DNA of 64,000 bases from Pseudomonadota bacterium (GTDB taxonomy: Bacteria > Bdellovibrionota > Bdellovibrionia > Bdellovibrionales > SG-bin7): assembly GCA_034439715.1 (NCBI GenBank), contig JAWXAY010000033.1, forward strand, positions 1-64,000, written 5' to 3'. The translations under genes were made by a program, and so were the position numbers. Positions 38,701 to 45,928 of this stretch are shown one piece after another (within the stretch, counting starts at the first letter, position 1; each line of letters starts with the position of its first letter). The notes below the pieces were generated by a model. It saw nothing but the letters and a program-made list of their open reading frames with translations. It ran no database searches and had not been told where the DNA came from.

Positions 38701-40344
38701 TTTGAAGGGTCCCGTTTAGCCATTGCAGACGTTGCCGAATTTACCAACCGGTATAGAGACCAAGCCATTTCCGTGTTTGGCTTTTCGAGCACAAATGTTG
38801 TGGCCTATGATGTTTCCCAGCAGAATAAACGGGTATCGATTCTAGATAATATTGCTTGGTCAGTGAGTGGCGGACTTAATGATGCCACCTTTGCCACAGT
38901 CAGTAATATTGAGGGCGACATGGGCACTCACTACGTTTTAATAAAAGACGGACAATATAAAAAGCCCACATCACTTTTACTACAAGAAGGCATTTATTTG
39001 CCTCTCAAATCTTCAGCGCAAGGAGCGGACTTAATTATTGTCGGTCCAAAATCTTTGCTAAGTTACACCGAAAAACTAGTCAGTGTTCGTGAAGGTGATG
39101 GTCTTCGTGTTGTTAGTGCGCCGCTGGAGCAAATCTATGCCGAATTTTCAGACGGTTTGAACACCAGTCGCGGTGTTAGAGATTTTATTCTCTACGCCTA
39201 CAATAATTGGACATTTCCCAAACCTAAATACTTACTAATTATTGGTGATGCAACATATGATCCCTTGGATAAACTTGGTTATGGCCGCGCTGACAAAGAT
39301 AGCATGACGCCATTGGCATTGGTCAGCGGAATCCATATTGACTTTGGCAGTGATAATTACTTTGTGGCGAATCCCGATGGTACAGACATTCCAATAATGT
39401 CTGTTGGACGAATTCCAACCTCTCAGCCAGATTTCTTAGAAGGCTATATCAATAAAATACTAGCCTACGAAGTCGGAAGCTCAGCGCCATCCACTGGGTA
39501 TAACTCGCACAATGCCGTTTTTATTAATGATAAGCCTTCATTTGGAGACAATTTCTCAAAAGGCGTTGATGAATTGTCCGCGGCGCTCTATTCATCAAGA
39601 CCAGATTACACCTCAACAAAACTAAATCGTGAGTTATACACAGACGTCAATTTCAAACAAAAAATTATTGACGAATTTAATTCAGGTCCGTTTTTAATGA
39701 CTTACCTTGGACACGGAGCTGAAGAACGCTGGATGTCCGATAGTTCTGGAAATCCTGTTTTTGGCAATACTGAGGCAAAGGCATTAACAAACGCGCGCCT
39801 ACCAATTGTTCTCGCCCTGAACTGTTTGAATTCCTATTTTTACGATCCAGATCCAGACCCTTCTTGGTCAGGACTGGGCGAAGAACTTATATTAAATGCC
39901 AATGGCGGTGCTATTGCATTTTGGGGATCTACAGCCATGACAACGCCTGGAACGCAAAAAAAGTTAGCTACGTCATTTATTAATGAATTCAGCGCTGAAA
40001 CCACTTTGGCAGTTCACGATGTTCGCTTAGGCGACATCTTGAGCCGCGCCAAACAAGTGCTCGGTTCCGACGAAAACTCTAAGGATACTATCCGCAGCTG
40101 GGCCCTTTTAGGCGATCCTTCTATGAAGTTACCGAGTGATGTTTTTAAAGCTCAAAGCGTTGATCAATCCTCAACAAGAAAGAGTAAAGGCTTTTTATCT
40201 TGCGGTAGTATCGACATTGGCTCAAGTGGCGGTAGTGGTCCAAATTGGCCCGCGCTTTTTGAAATGCTATTGCTGGTAGGATTTATTATGTTGTTGAGGA
40301 TTCGCTTGGTTCTAGTGCCCGCCAAACAACGAATCAAACGATAA
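29704..40344 (+). CDS. Giant repetitive surface protein with C-terminal C25 (gingipain/PorU-like) cysteine peptidase and membrane anchor
   Basis: Signal ending AQA (alternative start ATG 29779); five ~500-aa repeats; FN3-like PVSL..EWVTASELDHQGFNVYRS; C25 motifs KYLLIIGDATYDP, VGRIP, TYLGHG, LNCLN, LLGDP; CGSI-linker-TM-basic tail. Confidence 0.88.
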   Translation: MGRLWTGLSTSHSFYYLFHFSLLQPMQFAAFFSVVFLASTFQNQAQAACGGTVRTWDSGAGSANWSAAANWSADDIPNTTTEDVVIVSGAQIPNFDTAYSVGCLEIQSGTLTANRNNRVLTINGDYFRNLTANSFTVGSASFTLKMGVPGSPVQTLENYDLLEILEIGNNNTVTSTKPFRMNTQLQFTAGWTGTLKLNGDLDYRGGAVTIPAGGTVIIGSGVTWASTANITVAGTLKIMPGATLKFNTGRTLTVNNNASLIIAGASGNSGKISGQDFNDSWTFNMNGILNADYFLLSRMAVSGLNIGATGIVQKLDNGEFHYPQLNGDAIRVANGATLPATMNQLGFSNDANLAGTKNFNSAYTGTAITVNNWTGNGNTANERADTGNKILWGAQGGTKLSLVDFSNPPATINQATTVTGGTFSFALNQASTLTNITSIKISMLGTATTSDIDYITVYADAAGSMDCVLTVGTDTVIANQVSLSSSPLSYTVAIASGVVTTSSDTAKHCIHVQVRTTGTAQDNKTIRLGVQGTNDVVNSQGYTFSDSAAPPVLASPDIVIVGDVIRKWQGDISTAWSNAGNWSGGVVPTGTRDCQVGVGTNVAVLDATGTCQVANFLTGGTLNFNATGRILNLTGGINIDPGFIFQTPTNVGTLNFSGAVAEGVSIATPVPAHVTINNTGAAGNDYVEINGDTTIGDASGNGGNVTVTNGTLRVNAPYTLTIKGNLTCAALAGNGIEIAAGATLKMGNNRTITINNGCTFTLVGNINQNVVVTSDNIANSYNVIVAAGGIISANYYKFENLGTLGLNIAGTINATNHLQNGTFRYPRGNNGKMLDLDVAVPTNSMDNMTFTSGGSSATGTTNIDTATNGAGGTLTLNNYTGDLAGPFFDNDPTYLLAWLNATNTIEITQEATSPVTLNAGSTYNMGRFGFKQAMAGASFVNTDITSLRLTLTGTASSNDISDVKIYYDATCAGAGGVLVDSGAFSGNPASRVFTFTAGEATVNADTSTPPKKCLYVEYVIASGATDGNTAGVELVLTTDFASSAGYAVDSNTLPPLFLGSPGTISGSSSVNWVGGTSTNWNLAANWSPATVPTSGISCRIDSSVRNPTIDVTSGNATCKTVIIGNGTLNISTGYKLSVYGGYTNTGTLNLAGTATLEFADGGVLSNQTITSSTTIGSISFAKTAGGNVNIGSSALTVTSLVNMQAGQNFDFLIPSGKNLTFSGGATVSAGTFTIAAGGTLTMGNATAFTVGANGTLIMIGSSGANLATMTGGSNKFNAVINGTIKAQYYKFDHLSSAGVSVESGSTIDVTYHLQDGSFTYPVDASTTMLFLKRQVPTDTMDNTKFDKGGSAAATPKNINTTGAAAGTLTMSGYLGDIAGDAFEVEGSYTISWGAGVNTINLTQSAATALGSVTAPSTANLMGRFGFKQTLAGASYSDAALTTLKLTLKGTAIAADVSEVRIYYETDCNSAGGTLIGSGIFSGSPGTATFNLNPTDAIIPFNATTPPTVCIYVQYDIPSGATNGNTVGVEVAINSHVTNDQAYAIADATPVPVNLGTAIAISGAINTTWNGSVSTAWGTAGNWSAGVPTSTVNCTIPTGLTVWPNVAAGTIICKSVTLQGSMTMSAGTWDVHGDFINTGTFTNSGGALNFQGTANQNFSSGSTIFNVTFGKTAGTVAITGASVPITSIDFTGGSAYTFKVNSGRTVTFTNNVTVLTGKTFDISAGTVRMSNGRTFTINSGATLNMIGTSAVLNSVMTSTGGANAFNVVIAGTIAARYFTFDHLGVAGVAINGTATINATNQLQDCNFTYPVNNNTKFLTLAIPIPVATLDNCKFDLAGSVATGTKTIDASAVTGGAPNPDLTLNNWSGDAGGTSSSINSGTYTIAWAPGLNTINITREAASPTTVNAGTTYNMGRFGFQQVLAGTYADTDITTLRLSTTGTAVASDISQVRVYYDSDCNNSAGTLIGTGAFAGSPLTKTFTFLAGDARIHFSATSPPLRCIYVEMDVAPGAVNARTISAKIDVSADLVNSLGYAVATAFPVALATTPSTIVGASNTTWTGTTSTAWNLASNWTSGIPDSTKTCTLVNVANDPIISTATQACRNVSIGNGILTINTGSTLQVYGNYDNTSGSVTMSGTGTVRMMDGGTGSAQTVASTAQPMNKLTFDKTTGGSVRVNSTMTITNLTIPAGSNFTFQIPASTTLTLTNGLAIPAGTVDVQNGGTILMASGTTLSVTGGTFKTSGVNDTFVQSSANKGKVSRVSGSWSFNATSGTVNLTGFWLDYLDANGMQINGSTTLSNLSGGQFTNLATNGRGMQVNTSGAVPATAANVGFEWGAFNAANSGQSCLAGTYYTVYATACGGNTITFTEWWGNWWPGQQSLVDCSPDDHIWDSAEGASCTISMASSASPVSLLSLVAKPYNHAVSIEWVTASELDHQGFNVYRSLDMSSGFIQINSELVRNIISSTSYKGKYRFVDHEVENGTLYYYIIEDVAFNGAKEKHGPVSARPLIILTAPPADPSDTNSGTTDPNPNAGNDPSTGPIATPGMVDLGNGVHILAQTKNSLRIEIIPPPETWANSTWNATYKTLKVPGYSNTLTPGYPELVDRTILVEVSDQHSSALVINSSLVETVPVAKKVQPAPNWVANGGGILQASYAENAVAYSAAGYQPATYYSLDSALKTIGGKTYLALNVSPFKYDAVNQLVKNSSKIVLDIALDGEPIWNGQPPTSDPALSPSAADGVLRIGFRSSGLYELTYNDFVTANVDGPFAGHDSTQFRMYVRGEEIPISIISTNSTFSSGDKIRYHVDHLRNSEDDENEVVLSSYNVQNSASAPLRMDHRNAEPTSFGASPEVGSYYKVAVEQDVDFYLDYPLGPDQDHFFWKRIKANRNGNRNPYPTAAKMDIPIDLTRLDQNSTRKVYLRVYLRARANMTTNASHHLGLYLNNITYMVDEKVFTEDKPTVLTFELNPNFFFDGINTIKLLALGDMVPENNWDIIDIDRVEVEFEGSRLAIADVAEFTNRYRDQAISVFGFSSTNVVAYDVSQQNKRVSILDNIAWSVSGGLNDATFATVSNIEGDMGTHYVLIKDGQYKKPTSLLLQEGIYLPLKSSAQGADLIIVGPKSLLSYTEKLVSVREGDGLRVVSAPLEQIYAEFSDGLNTSRGVRDFILYAYNNWTFPKPKYLLIIGDATYDPLDKLGYGRADKDSMTPLALVSGIHIDFGSDNYFVANPDGTDIPIMSVGRIPTSQPDFLEGYINKILAYEVGSSAPSTGYNSHNAVFINDKPSFGDNFSKGVDELSAALYSSRPDYTSTKLNRELYTDVNFKQKIIDEFNSGPFLMTYLGHGAEERWMSDSSGNPVFGNTEAKALTNARLPIVLALNCLNSYFYDPDPDPSWSGLGEELILNANGGAIAFWGSTAMTTPGTQKKLATSFINEFSAETTLAVHDVRLGDILSRAKQVLGSDENSKDTIRSWALLGDPSMKLPSDVFKAQSVDQSSTRKSKGFLSCGSIDIGSSGGSGPNWPALFEMLLLVGFIMLLRIRLVLVPAKQRIKR
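29869..36830 (+). repeat. Five protein-level repeats (spacing 512, 504, 496, 489 aa), the last incomplete
   Basis: W-x-G-x2-ST-x-W-x4-NW-type motif at nt 29869, 31405, 32917, 34405, 35872; recurring MGRFGF(K/Q)Q, GTA-x-ASDIS, PP-x2-C-x-YV blocks. Confidence 0.85.
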
Positions 40345-40650
40345 AACCACACCTGCACTAGCACCCACCCCTATACCATTAGCTAACATATCGTTGGATG
40401 AAAAATCGCTATCGGTAAGTTCCTTAATTGTCCCCACCGTAAGGGCCACAAGGCTACCGTATATTATAGATTTCCACTTTGAATATTTGGCTCGGCGAAA
40501 GGCATCGGTCGCGCTATAGGAAAGTCCAAAGCTTGCCAGCATATGGAGTTGTTTATCGGTGTTATTCCACGAGAATTTATCGTCGTTAGGGAGCGCCGCT
40601 AGAGAGGTGTTTGACACCATTAATATTAGCGCTAGAAGAATTTTTTTCAT
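40312..40650 (-). CDS. YfiM-like small exported/membrane protein
   Basis: Signal peptide, DKQLHMLAS, GTIKELTD..FSSNDMLANGIG. Confidence 0.65.
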   Translation of the reverse strand: MKKILLALILMVSNTSLAALPNDDKFSWNNTDKQLHMLASFGLSYSATDAFRRAKYSKWKSIIYGSLVALTVGTIKELTDSDFSSNDMLANGIGVGASAGVVLSFDSLFGGH

Positions 40651-40725
40651 ACTTAAAAGTTTTCCAAATTCTAGAGATTAATGCAATTGAAATCTTAAGC
40701 GTTCTATGCGACCTTGCTCAACACC

Positions 40726-41343
40726 ATGCCACTTGAAAAGCTTTTTCCGACTTACGTATACAACGAAAAATTGAAATCAAATGACTTAAATTTGCGAGGC
40801 GAGATTTTATCGGAGGCCTATAAGTTTAGGGATGACGACATAGAAGGCCATAAATGGTGCAAAAAAAACTATGTCGGTGGTTACACCTCATATGGTTCGC
40901 TCTGTAAACTTCATAAAATGTCGCCCACCTTTAACGAACTAAAAAAACAAATTGATAAACATGTCAAAAAATATATCCAAGTTACTGAAATGGATCTTGA
41001 AGGCCACAAAATAGAAATGAACAGCTGCTGGGTTAGTATTATGCCTGCGCAGAGCCATCATAGCTTTCATATTCATCCACAGTCTTTTATTAGTGGCACC
41101 TACTATGTTTCAACTCCAAAAAATTCTTCGGTGATTAAGTTTGAAGATCCTAGGCTTGCATTTTTTATGGGTTCACCATCCCGAAAATCAAAATGTCGGC
41201 GTGAAAATCAGCACTTCGTGGCTGTTGACCCTCGGGAGGGCAACGTGGTGCTTTTTGAAAGTTGGTTGAGGCACGAAGTACCCGCGAATACTAGCGAAAC
41301 AGAACGGGTTAGCGTTAGTTTTAACTACAGTTGGAATTTCTAA
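40726..41343 (+). CDS. 2OG-Fe(II) oxygenase-like protein (TIGR02466 type)
   Basis: LFPT, HSFHIHPQSFISGTYYV, FEDPR, LFESWLRHEV, RVSVSFN. Confidence 0.8.
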   Translation: MPLEKLFPTYVYNEKLKSNDLNLRGEILSEAYKFRDDDIEGHKWCKKNYVGGYTSYGSLCKLHKMSPTFNELKKQIDKHVKKYIQVTEMDLEGHKIEMNSCWVSIMPAQSHHSFHIHPQSFISGTYYVSTPKNSSVIKFEDPRLAFFMGSPSRKSKCRRENQHFVAVDPREGNVVLFESWLRHEVPANTSETERVSVSFNYSWNF

Positions 41344-42327
41344 TTAAACCAACACTCCATTTACTAAATCTTCTTCGTGCAGTCGCATAAGGTCTTTGGC
41401 GATGGGGCCAGGCCTTCCGTCTCCTAAAGCCTTACCATTTATTTGAACGACCGGTAAAACTCCAATAGTTGTACCAAACATCATGGCCTCTTTACATTTC
41501 TCAGCTTGCTCGAGGGTGATGTCGCCTTCCTTGATGGCCTTGAGCTTGCCGGCATTTAGTAATTTCCAGGCGAGTTCCATCAGTCGCACCAGAGTGGTGC
41601 CCTTCAAAGTATATTTAAATGACGGAATTAAAAGTTCAGAGTCAATTGTGACAAAGCCAATATTTTCAGTGGCGCCTTCGCCTAAAAATCCTCTTGGTGA
41701 AATATTAATCGAGAAGTCCCAGCCTTTATCTTCGGCCTCTTTCTTCATAAGAACATTACTCAGATAGTTACAACTTTTAACAGTCGCCTGAAAGGAATCT
41801 TTCATAGGAATTTGACTTGCGCCGACTATCACTCCGTTCAGATATTTTGCGGGTTCCACGGGTTTGAGTCGTGTCACCACAATGTAGAGTTGCGGGGCTA
41901 CGCTTTCGTAGGGCGATGGGCCAAATCCACCGGGCCCACGTGAAACAAATACACGTAATCCATAATTACATTCTTTAGCGCGCTCTTTTGTACTTTCTTT
42001 GGCTACTCTTACCGTTTCAATTATTGTCCCTTGTAGTTCCAGACGAGAAAGTGGAAGCTTAAGCGCTACCTTTTCAGCGCTAGACTCAAGCCGATCCAGA
42101 TGCTCTTTCAGAAGATAAATACGCCCTGCACTAACCTTTAAGGCCTCAAATATTCCATCCCCCCGGTGTACGAGATGATCATCGACTGGTACGCACATTA
42201 ACATTGGGTCGGATGTAATTCCTCCAAGCCAAGAAGAATACATAGCAAAATAATTTTCATGAAAAATTTGCCTTTGTTGATCGAGTTTTTTTAAAAAGAA
42301 ATCTCGTGTAATTATCTCTATGCTCAT
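41344..42327 (-). CDS. Class IV PLP aminotransferase (D-amino acid/BCAT/ADC lyase-like)
   Basis: DHLVHRGDGIFE, HLDRL, VKSCNYL, EGATEN, LKGTT. Confidence 0.88.
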   Translation of the reverse strand: MSIEIITRDFFLKKLDQQRQIFHENYFAMYSSWLGGITSDPMLMCVPVDDHLVHRGDGIFEALKVSAGRIYLLKEHLDRLESSAEKVALKLPLSRLELQGTIIETVRVAKESTKERAKECNYGLRVFVSRGPGGFGPSPYESVAPQLYIVVTRLKPVEPAKYLNGVIVGASQIPMKDSFQATVKSCNYLSNVLMKKEAEDKGWDFSINISPRGFLGEGATENIGFVTIDSELLIPSFKYTLKGTTLVRLMELAWKLLNAGKLKAIKEGDITLEQAEKCKEAMMFGTTIGVLPVVQINGKALGDGRPGPIAKDLMRLHEEDLVNGVLV

Positions 42328-42418
42328 TTTTTCCTCATAATGCGATGCTATTTATGTGACCTTTAGTAGAATGATAATTAAAAAGCTTTCTGTACACAAC
42401 AAACAAATGGGAGTGAGT

Positions 42419-42823
42419 ATGCGACAAATATTAGGGGTAATTGCTTCGGTATTGTTGGCCACTAGTGGAGCTTCAGCAAGTCACAACAAACATGTAGGAG
42501 AGCCGATGGTTCTTGTTGCCAAAAACCTTATTGCTGAAGGTCAAGTAGTCATTGATGTGCGCCAAGAAGCCTGTGACGGCTATGTGAAAGGGGCTCACAT
42601 CATCTCTATCGATGATTTCTCTGCTGCCACTGATGTCACAATGGCTAAAATTTTAAAATTGGTAAACGACGATAAAACCAAGTCTGTCGCAGTTTACTGT
42701 AAATCGGGAGTGCGTTCTAAAAAAGTTATGGGCATTTTAAAAGCTCAGGGATTTTCCAACTTGCATAACTTGGGTGGCGTGGGCGAATACTACGATCCTT
42801 CGACCATGCAGAAATGCGATTAA
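42419..42823 (+). CDS. Exported rhodanese-like protein
   Basis: Signal peptide from ATG 42419; IDVR, YCKSGVRS, NLGG. Confidence 0.82.
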   Translation: MRQILGVIASVLLATSGASASHNKHVGEPMVLVAKNLIAEGQVVIDVRQEACDGYVKGAHIISIDDFSAATDVTMAKILKLVNDDKTKSVAVYCKSGVRSKKVMGILKAQGFSNLHNLGGVGEYYDPSTMQKCD

Positions 42824-44080
42824 TTAGGCTGCTTTTTTTATATTTGAGTTTAAATATGAGTTGCTAGAGGTCATGGTGGAGTTCAAATGGTTTTTAGCAA
42901 CATAGGCCCGATAATTGTCTTGAACTTCATTTTTAATATGAAGCGATTCTATGTTCTTCTTTTTTAAATTCTTTAATTGTGAATCGCTGACCTTGCAGCC
43001 ACCTCTAAGATATTTTAAAAACTTTTGGTTGGAATGCAGATAGAGGTAGGCATCGAATTCGATTCTGGTTTCAGATGTGAGATTGTCGATTTTAATTTCA
43101 GACATGGTGGGATCAGGAGACGGGATAACCCGAATCATTGATTTTTCCATTTCAAAAAAAGCCATCATGACTTCTTTGCCCTTATGATTCCCGCGAGTGA
43201 CATATTTAGCCTTATGACTGGTCCACGCCTTAAAATCTACCTCATCGACTTCTAGGTGAAGAGTTTTTGTTGAGAGACCATTGAATTGCACGTAAGAGCC
43301 CATGTCTCCCATTTTAGTTCTTAGGTTTTCTACCAACGCCGCGTCGACTTCTTCGCGCCCGGCCATGACCATGACAAGGAGGCCCGAGACCGAGTCACTG
43401 GTAATTGGAATGACTGTCAATTTTTGGGTGTTGGTAATTGGCACGTGTTTTTCAATGGCGGCTTCACAAGCATTCTGAAAGGTTTTGCCAAGGTCTTGAA
43501 AAAGTACCTGTTCATTTTCCGTGTAGTTTCGGTTTTCGCTAAGCGAAATTTGACTCTGCTCCAGTAGCTTGGCATTTACATTTTTTTCGGCATTCTGGTC
43601 AATTTCAAATTTATGCGAAGTCACAACCATCGAAGTCTGATCGGGGCCTGTCAACTTTGCATTTACGCTGATGTTTTGTTTGACGTCCGTGTGTTCAGAC
43701 TGAAGTTTAGAAAAAATCGTATGCCCGCTGATCGGAGGCATAATGCTCTCGCCCTGATGACTCCTTAGTCTGCGGATGGTTGTGTTGTCGGTGGTTTCTC
43801 CAAAGGCGACTACTGGCAGTTTTAATTTATTTTGTAAAGAGGCAGGATAATTAACGACCTCATTATTTTCTCCGGTAAAGCTTACAAAAATGAAACGCGG
43901 GGGAAAAGCGCTGCAATATATTAGTAAATCACCAAAAGAGGAAAAAACTTTGACTGTCCAGCCTCGTCTTTCAAGAAACCAAACTGTAGAAGATAGTGTG
44001 CGTGGATCTTCGGCGAAGAAAACCACATGAAATGATCCGATAGAATTTAGCATCTCAAATCCAGGCTTTTGTTCTGACAC
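42824..44080 (-). CDS. Hypothetical protein with degenerate receiver-like N-terminus
   Basis: 418-aa ORF; N-terminal beta/alpha pattern (FLERRGWTVKVF...PRFIFVS); C-terminal IEFDAYLYLHSNQKFLKYL segment. Confidence 0.6.
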   Translation of the reverse strand: MSEQKPGFEMLNSIGSFHVVFFAEDPRTLSSTVWFLERRGWTVKVFSSFGDLLIYCSAFPPRFIFVSFTGENNEVVNYPASLQNKLKLPVVAFGETTDNTTIRRLRSHQGESIMPPISGHTIFSKLQSEHTDVKQNISVNAKLTGPDQTSMVVTSHKFEIDQNAEKNVNAKLLEQSQISLSENRNYTENEQVLFQDLGKTFQNACEAAIEKHVPITNTQKLTVIPITSDSVSGLLVMVMAGREEVDAALVENLRTKMGDMGSYVQFNGLSTKTLHLEVDEVDFKAWTSHKAKYVTRGNHKGKEVMMAFFEMEKSMIRVIPSPDPTMSEIKIDNLTSETRIEFDAYLYLHSNQKFLKYLRGGCKVSDSQLKNLKKKNIESLHIKNEVQDNYRAYVAKNHLNSTMTSSNSYLNSNIKKAA

Positions 44081-44100
44081 CTGGCGTACCTCTTAGTCAC

Positions 44101-44127
44101 TTTTCGGCTTATTCTGTATAAAGTTTA
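44101..44127 (-). promoter_or_regulatory. Sigma28 (FliA) promoter
   Basis: Minus strand TAAA-N15-GCCGAAAA, 20 bp before the 44080 start. Confidence 0.65.
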
Positions 44128-44186
44128 GGACTTTAGTCTTGCGGCTAGGCGCTACAGTTTATTTAAAAAGCACTGCGCTTGCATTC

Positions 44187-44906
44187 TCATTTTGAAGCGC
44201 GAACGGCAAATGTAGATTCCCTTTTTGAGCCAAAACCGGGTTTTTCAATTAGAGAAAAACCACTTTGAGATAGGGCTTTTTTCAACGAGCCATTTGAGGC
44301 ATATGTTGCAAAAGAGCATGGTGTCCCCGCCATAGACTTTAAAAAGTTAACCAGCCATTCCTGTTGCCACAGCTCAGGGTTAGCCGACTTGCTATAGGGG
44401 TCAAATTGGATGACATGGTATTCTCCCAAATCGTTATAGGATAGATCTAGCAAAGGGTCGGCAAAAAAAATCCAGTTATTTTGTTGATAGAGCTTAAGGG
44501 CAAAGTTCTTAAGAACTGAGCTCTGAACATTTAAGTGGGTCTCAATATGGGACAAGATTTCGTCGTAGGTTTTTGCAAACTCATTTGGTTTCGGGTCATT
44601 AACTAACCAACTTAAAAAAGAACTTTTTAGCTGGGTTGACTTTTCAAAAGACAAGAGTGCCACGCTCTCATTGCGACGAGCGGATTTTAATATCATTGCC
44701 AAGGAAATTAACTCGATATAACCAAGCCCGAGGCCCATAACACACATTTTTAGCGGGTAGTTACGCTCAATGGCCAACTCCATATTTTTGCCATAAATAT
44801 AGAGGGTCTCCGAAAAAGCTCCTTCGCGTGCATGCATCGTTTGCCCCGAAATCGGGTCATTAAGAGAAGTGCTGCCATCATTGGTCCTGACTAACGGATT
44901 AGACAT
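44187..44906 (-). CDS. Stand-alone MnmC-type tRNA U34 methyltransferase domain (MnmD/MnmC2-like)
   Basis: TNDGSTSL..TMHAREGAFSETLYIY, MGLGLGY, FDPYSKSANPELW, ATYASNGSLKKAL..GF..KPGFGSKRE. Confidence 0.8.
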   Translation of the reverse strand: MSNPLVRTNDGSTSLNDPISGQTMHAREGAFSETLYIYGKNMELAIERNYPLKMCVMGLGLGYIELISLAMILKSARRNESVALLSFEKSTQLKSSFLSWLVNDPKPNEFAKTYDEILSHIETHLNVQSSVLKNFALKLYQQNNWIFFADPLLDLSYNDLGEYHVIQFDPYSKSANPELWQQEWLVNFLKSMAGTPCSFATYASNGSLKKALSQSGFSLIEKPGFGSKRESTFAVRASK

Positions 44907-44959
44907 GTTTAATGGTATTACTCCATTGACTCTCCTATGAAAACCTTTATTTAAAAGAG

Positions 44960-45928
44960 ATGATTCCCTATTTTTCTATTGGACAGTATTACCGCGCTAA
45001 GTTTGGCGAAAAAATGTATAAATTGCCTGTGAGCATTGTGGATACCTGCCCCAATCGCGAAGGTCTAAAGGGAATGAAACAGTGTATTTTTTGTGATGAG
45101 TGGGGTTCGTTTGCTTATCAAGATACCATGACCAGATCATTGGCATTTCAAATAGAAAATCATCGCGAAAAGTTAAGCAAAAAACATGGAAACAGTAAAT
45201 TCTTGGTCTACTTTCAGGCCTACACATCAACTTTTGCCAAGATTAGTTATCTGAGAGAGTGTTTTGACGAAGTCCTTAAGTATGATTTTGTTAAAGGTAT
45301 AATTATTGGAACCCGCCCGGACTGTATCTCAAAGTCACTTATCGAAATGTGGCACGAGTATTCTCTAAAAACCTATTTGGCTGTGGAGTTTGGCGTCCAG
45401 AGTTTTTTTGATGAAAGACTTAAGTGGCTTGAGCGCGGGCATCCGGCTCTAAGTATTTATAGGGCCATTGAAAACATCCGAAAAGTTTCAGATTTTGATC
45501 TAGGTGTGCATTTGATGTTTGGTTTACCAGGCGAGAGTTTAGCCGAAATTATTGAGAGCGCAAAAATTATAAATCGTCTTCCCATTAACAGTGTCAAACT
45601 TCATAACCTACACGTATTAAAGAGCACACCATTGGAACAGTTATATTTAAAGGGTGAGTTTAAGCCCATTGAGCTTGAGGAATACACTTTAAAGGTCGCC
45701 GAGTTTTTGAGATATTTATCCCCGAGCGTGGCTGTTCATCGCCTAAGTGCTGTGGCTAGTCGCTGGGATGAATTGCTGGCGCCCGAGTGGACCAAGTATC
45801 ATTTAAAAACTTATCAGCATATTGTTGAGTTCATGAATCGAGAAGGCTTTCAGCAAGGACAGAAATATCATCTGAACTCACGCGAATCTCATTTGAAACC
45901 TTTTGTGCTTCCGGTGCAATCTTTATAA
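44960..45928 (+). CDS. TIGR01212 family radical SAM protein (YhcC/YtqA-like)
   Basis: TCPNREG..KQCIFC, YFQAYTST, IGTRPDCI, RGH, HLMFGLPGE, VKLHNLHVLK. Confidence 0.9.
   Translation: MIPYFSIGQYYRAKFGEKMYKLPVSIVDTCPNREGLKGMKQCIFCDEWGSFAYQDTMTRSLAFQIENHREKLSKKHGNSKFLVYFQAYTSTFAKISYLRECFDEVLKYDFVKGIIIGTRPDCISKSLIEMWHEYSLKTYLAVEFGVQSFFDERLKWLERGHPALSIYRAIENIRKVSDFDLGVHLMFGLPGESLAEIIESAKIINRLPINSVKLHNLHVLKSTPLEQLYLKGEFKPIELEEYTLKVAEFLRYLSPSVAVHRLSAVASRWDELLAPEWTKYHLKTYQHIVEFMNREGFQQGQKYHLNSRESHLKPFVLPVQSL

Noticed and set aside
30309..38792. Many short ORFs within the giant gene
   Set aside because: Shadow frames of a biased T/G/N-rich coding sequence
29704..40344. Classical autotransporter or T9SS cargo
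   Set aside because: C-terminus is a TM helix plus basic tail, not a beta-barrel or a T9SS CTD
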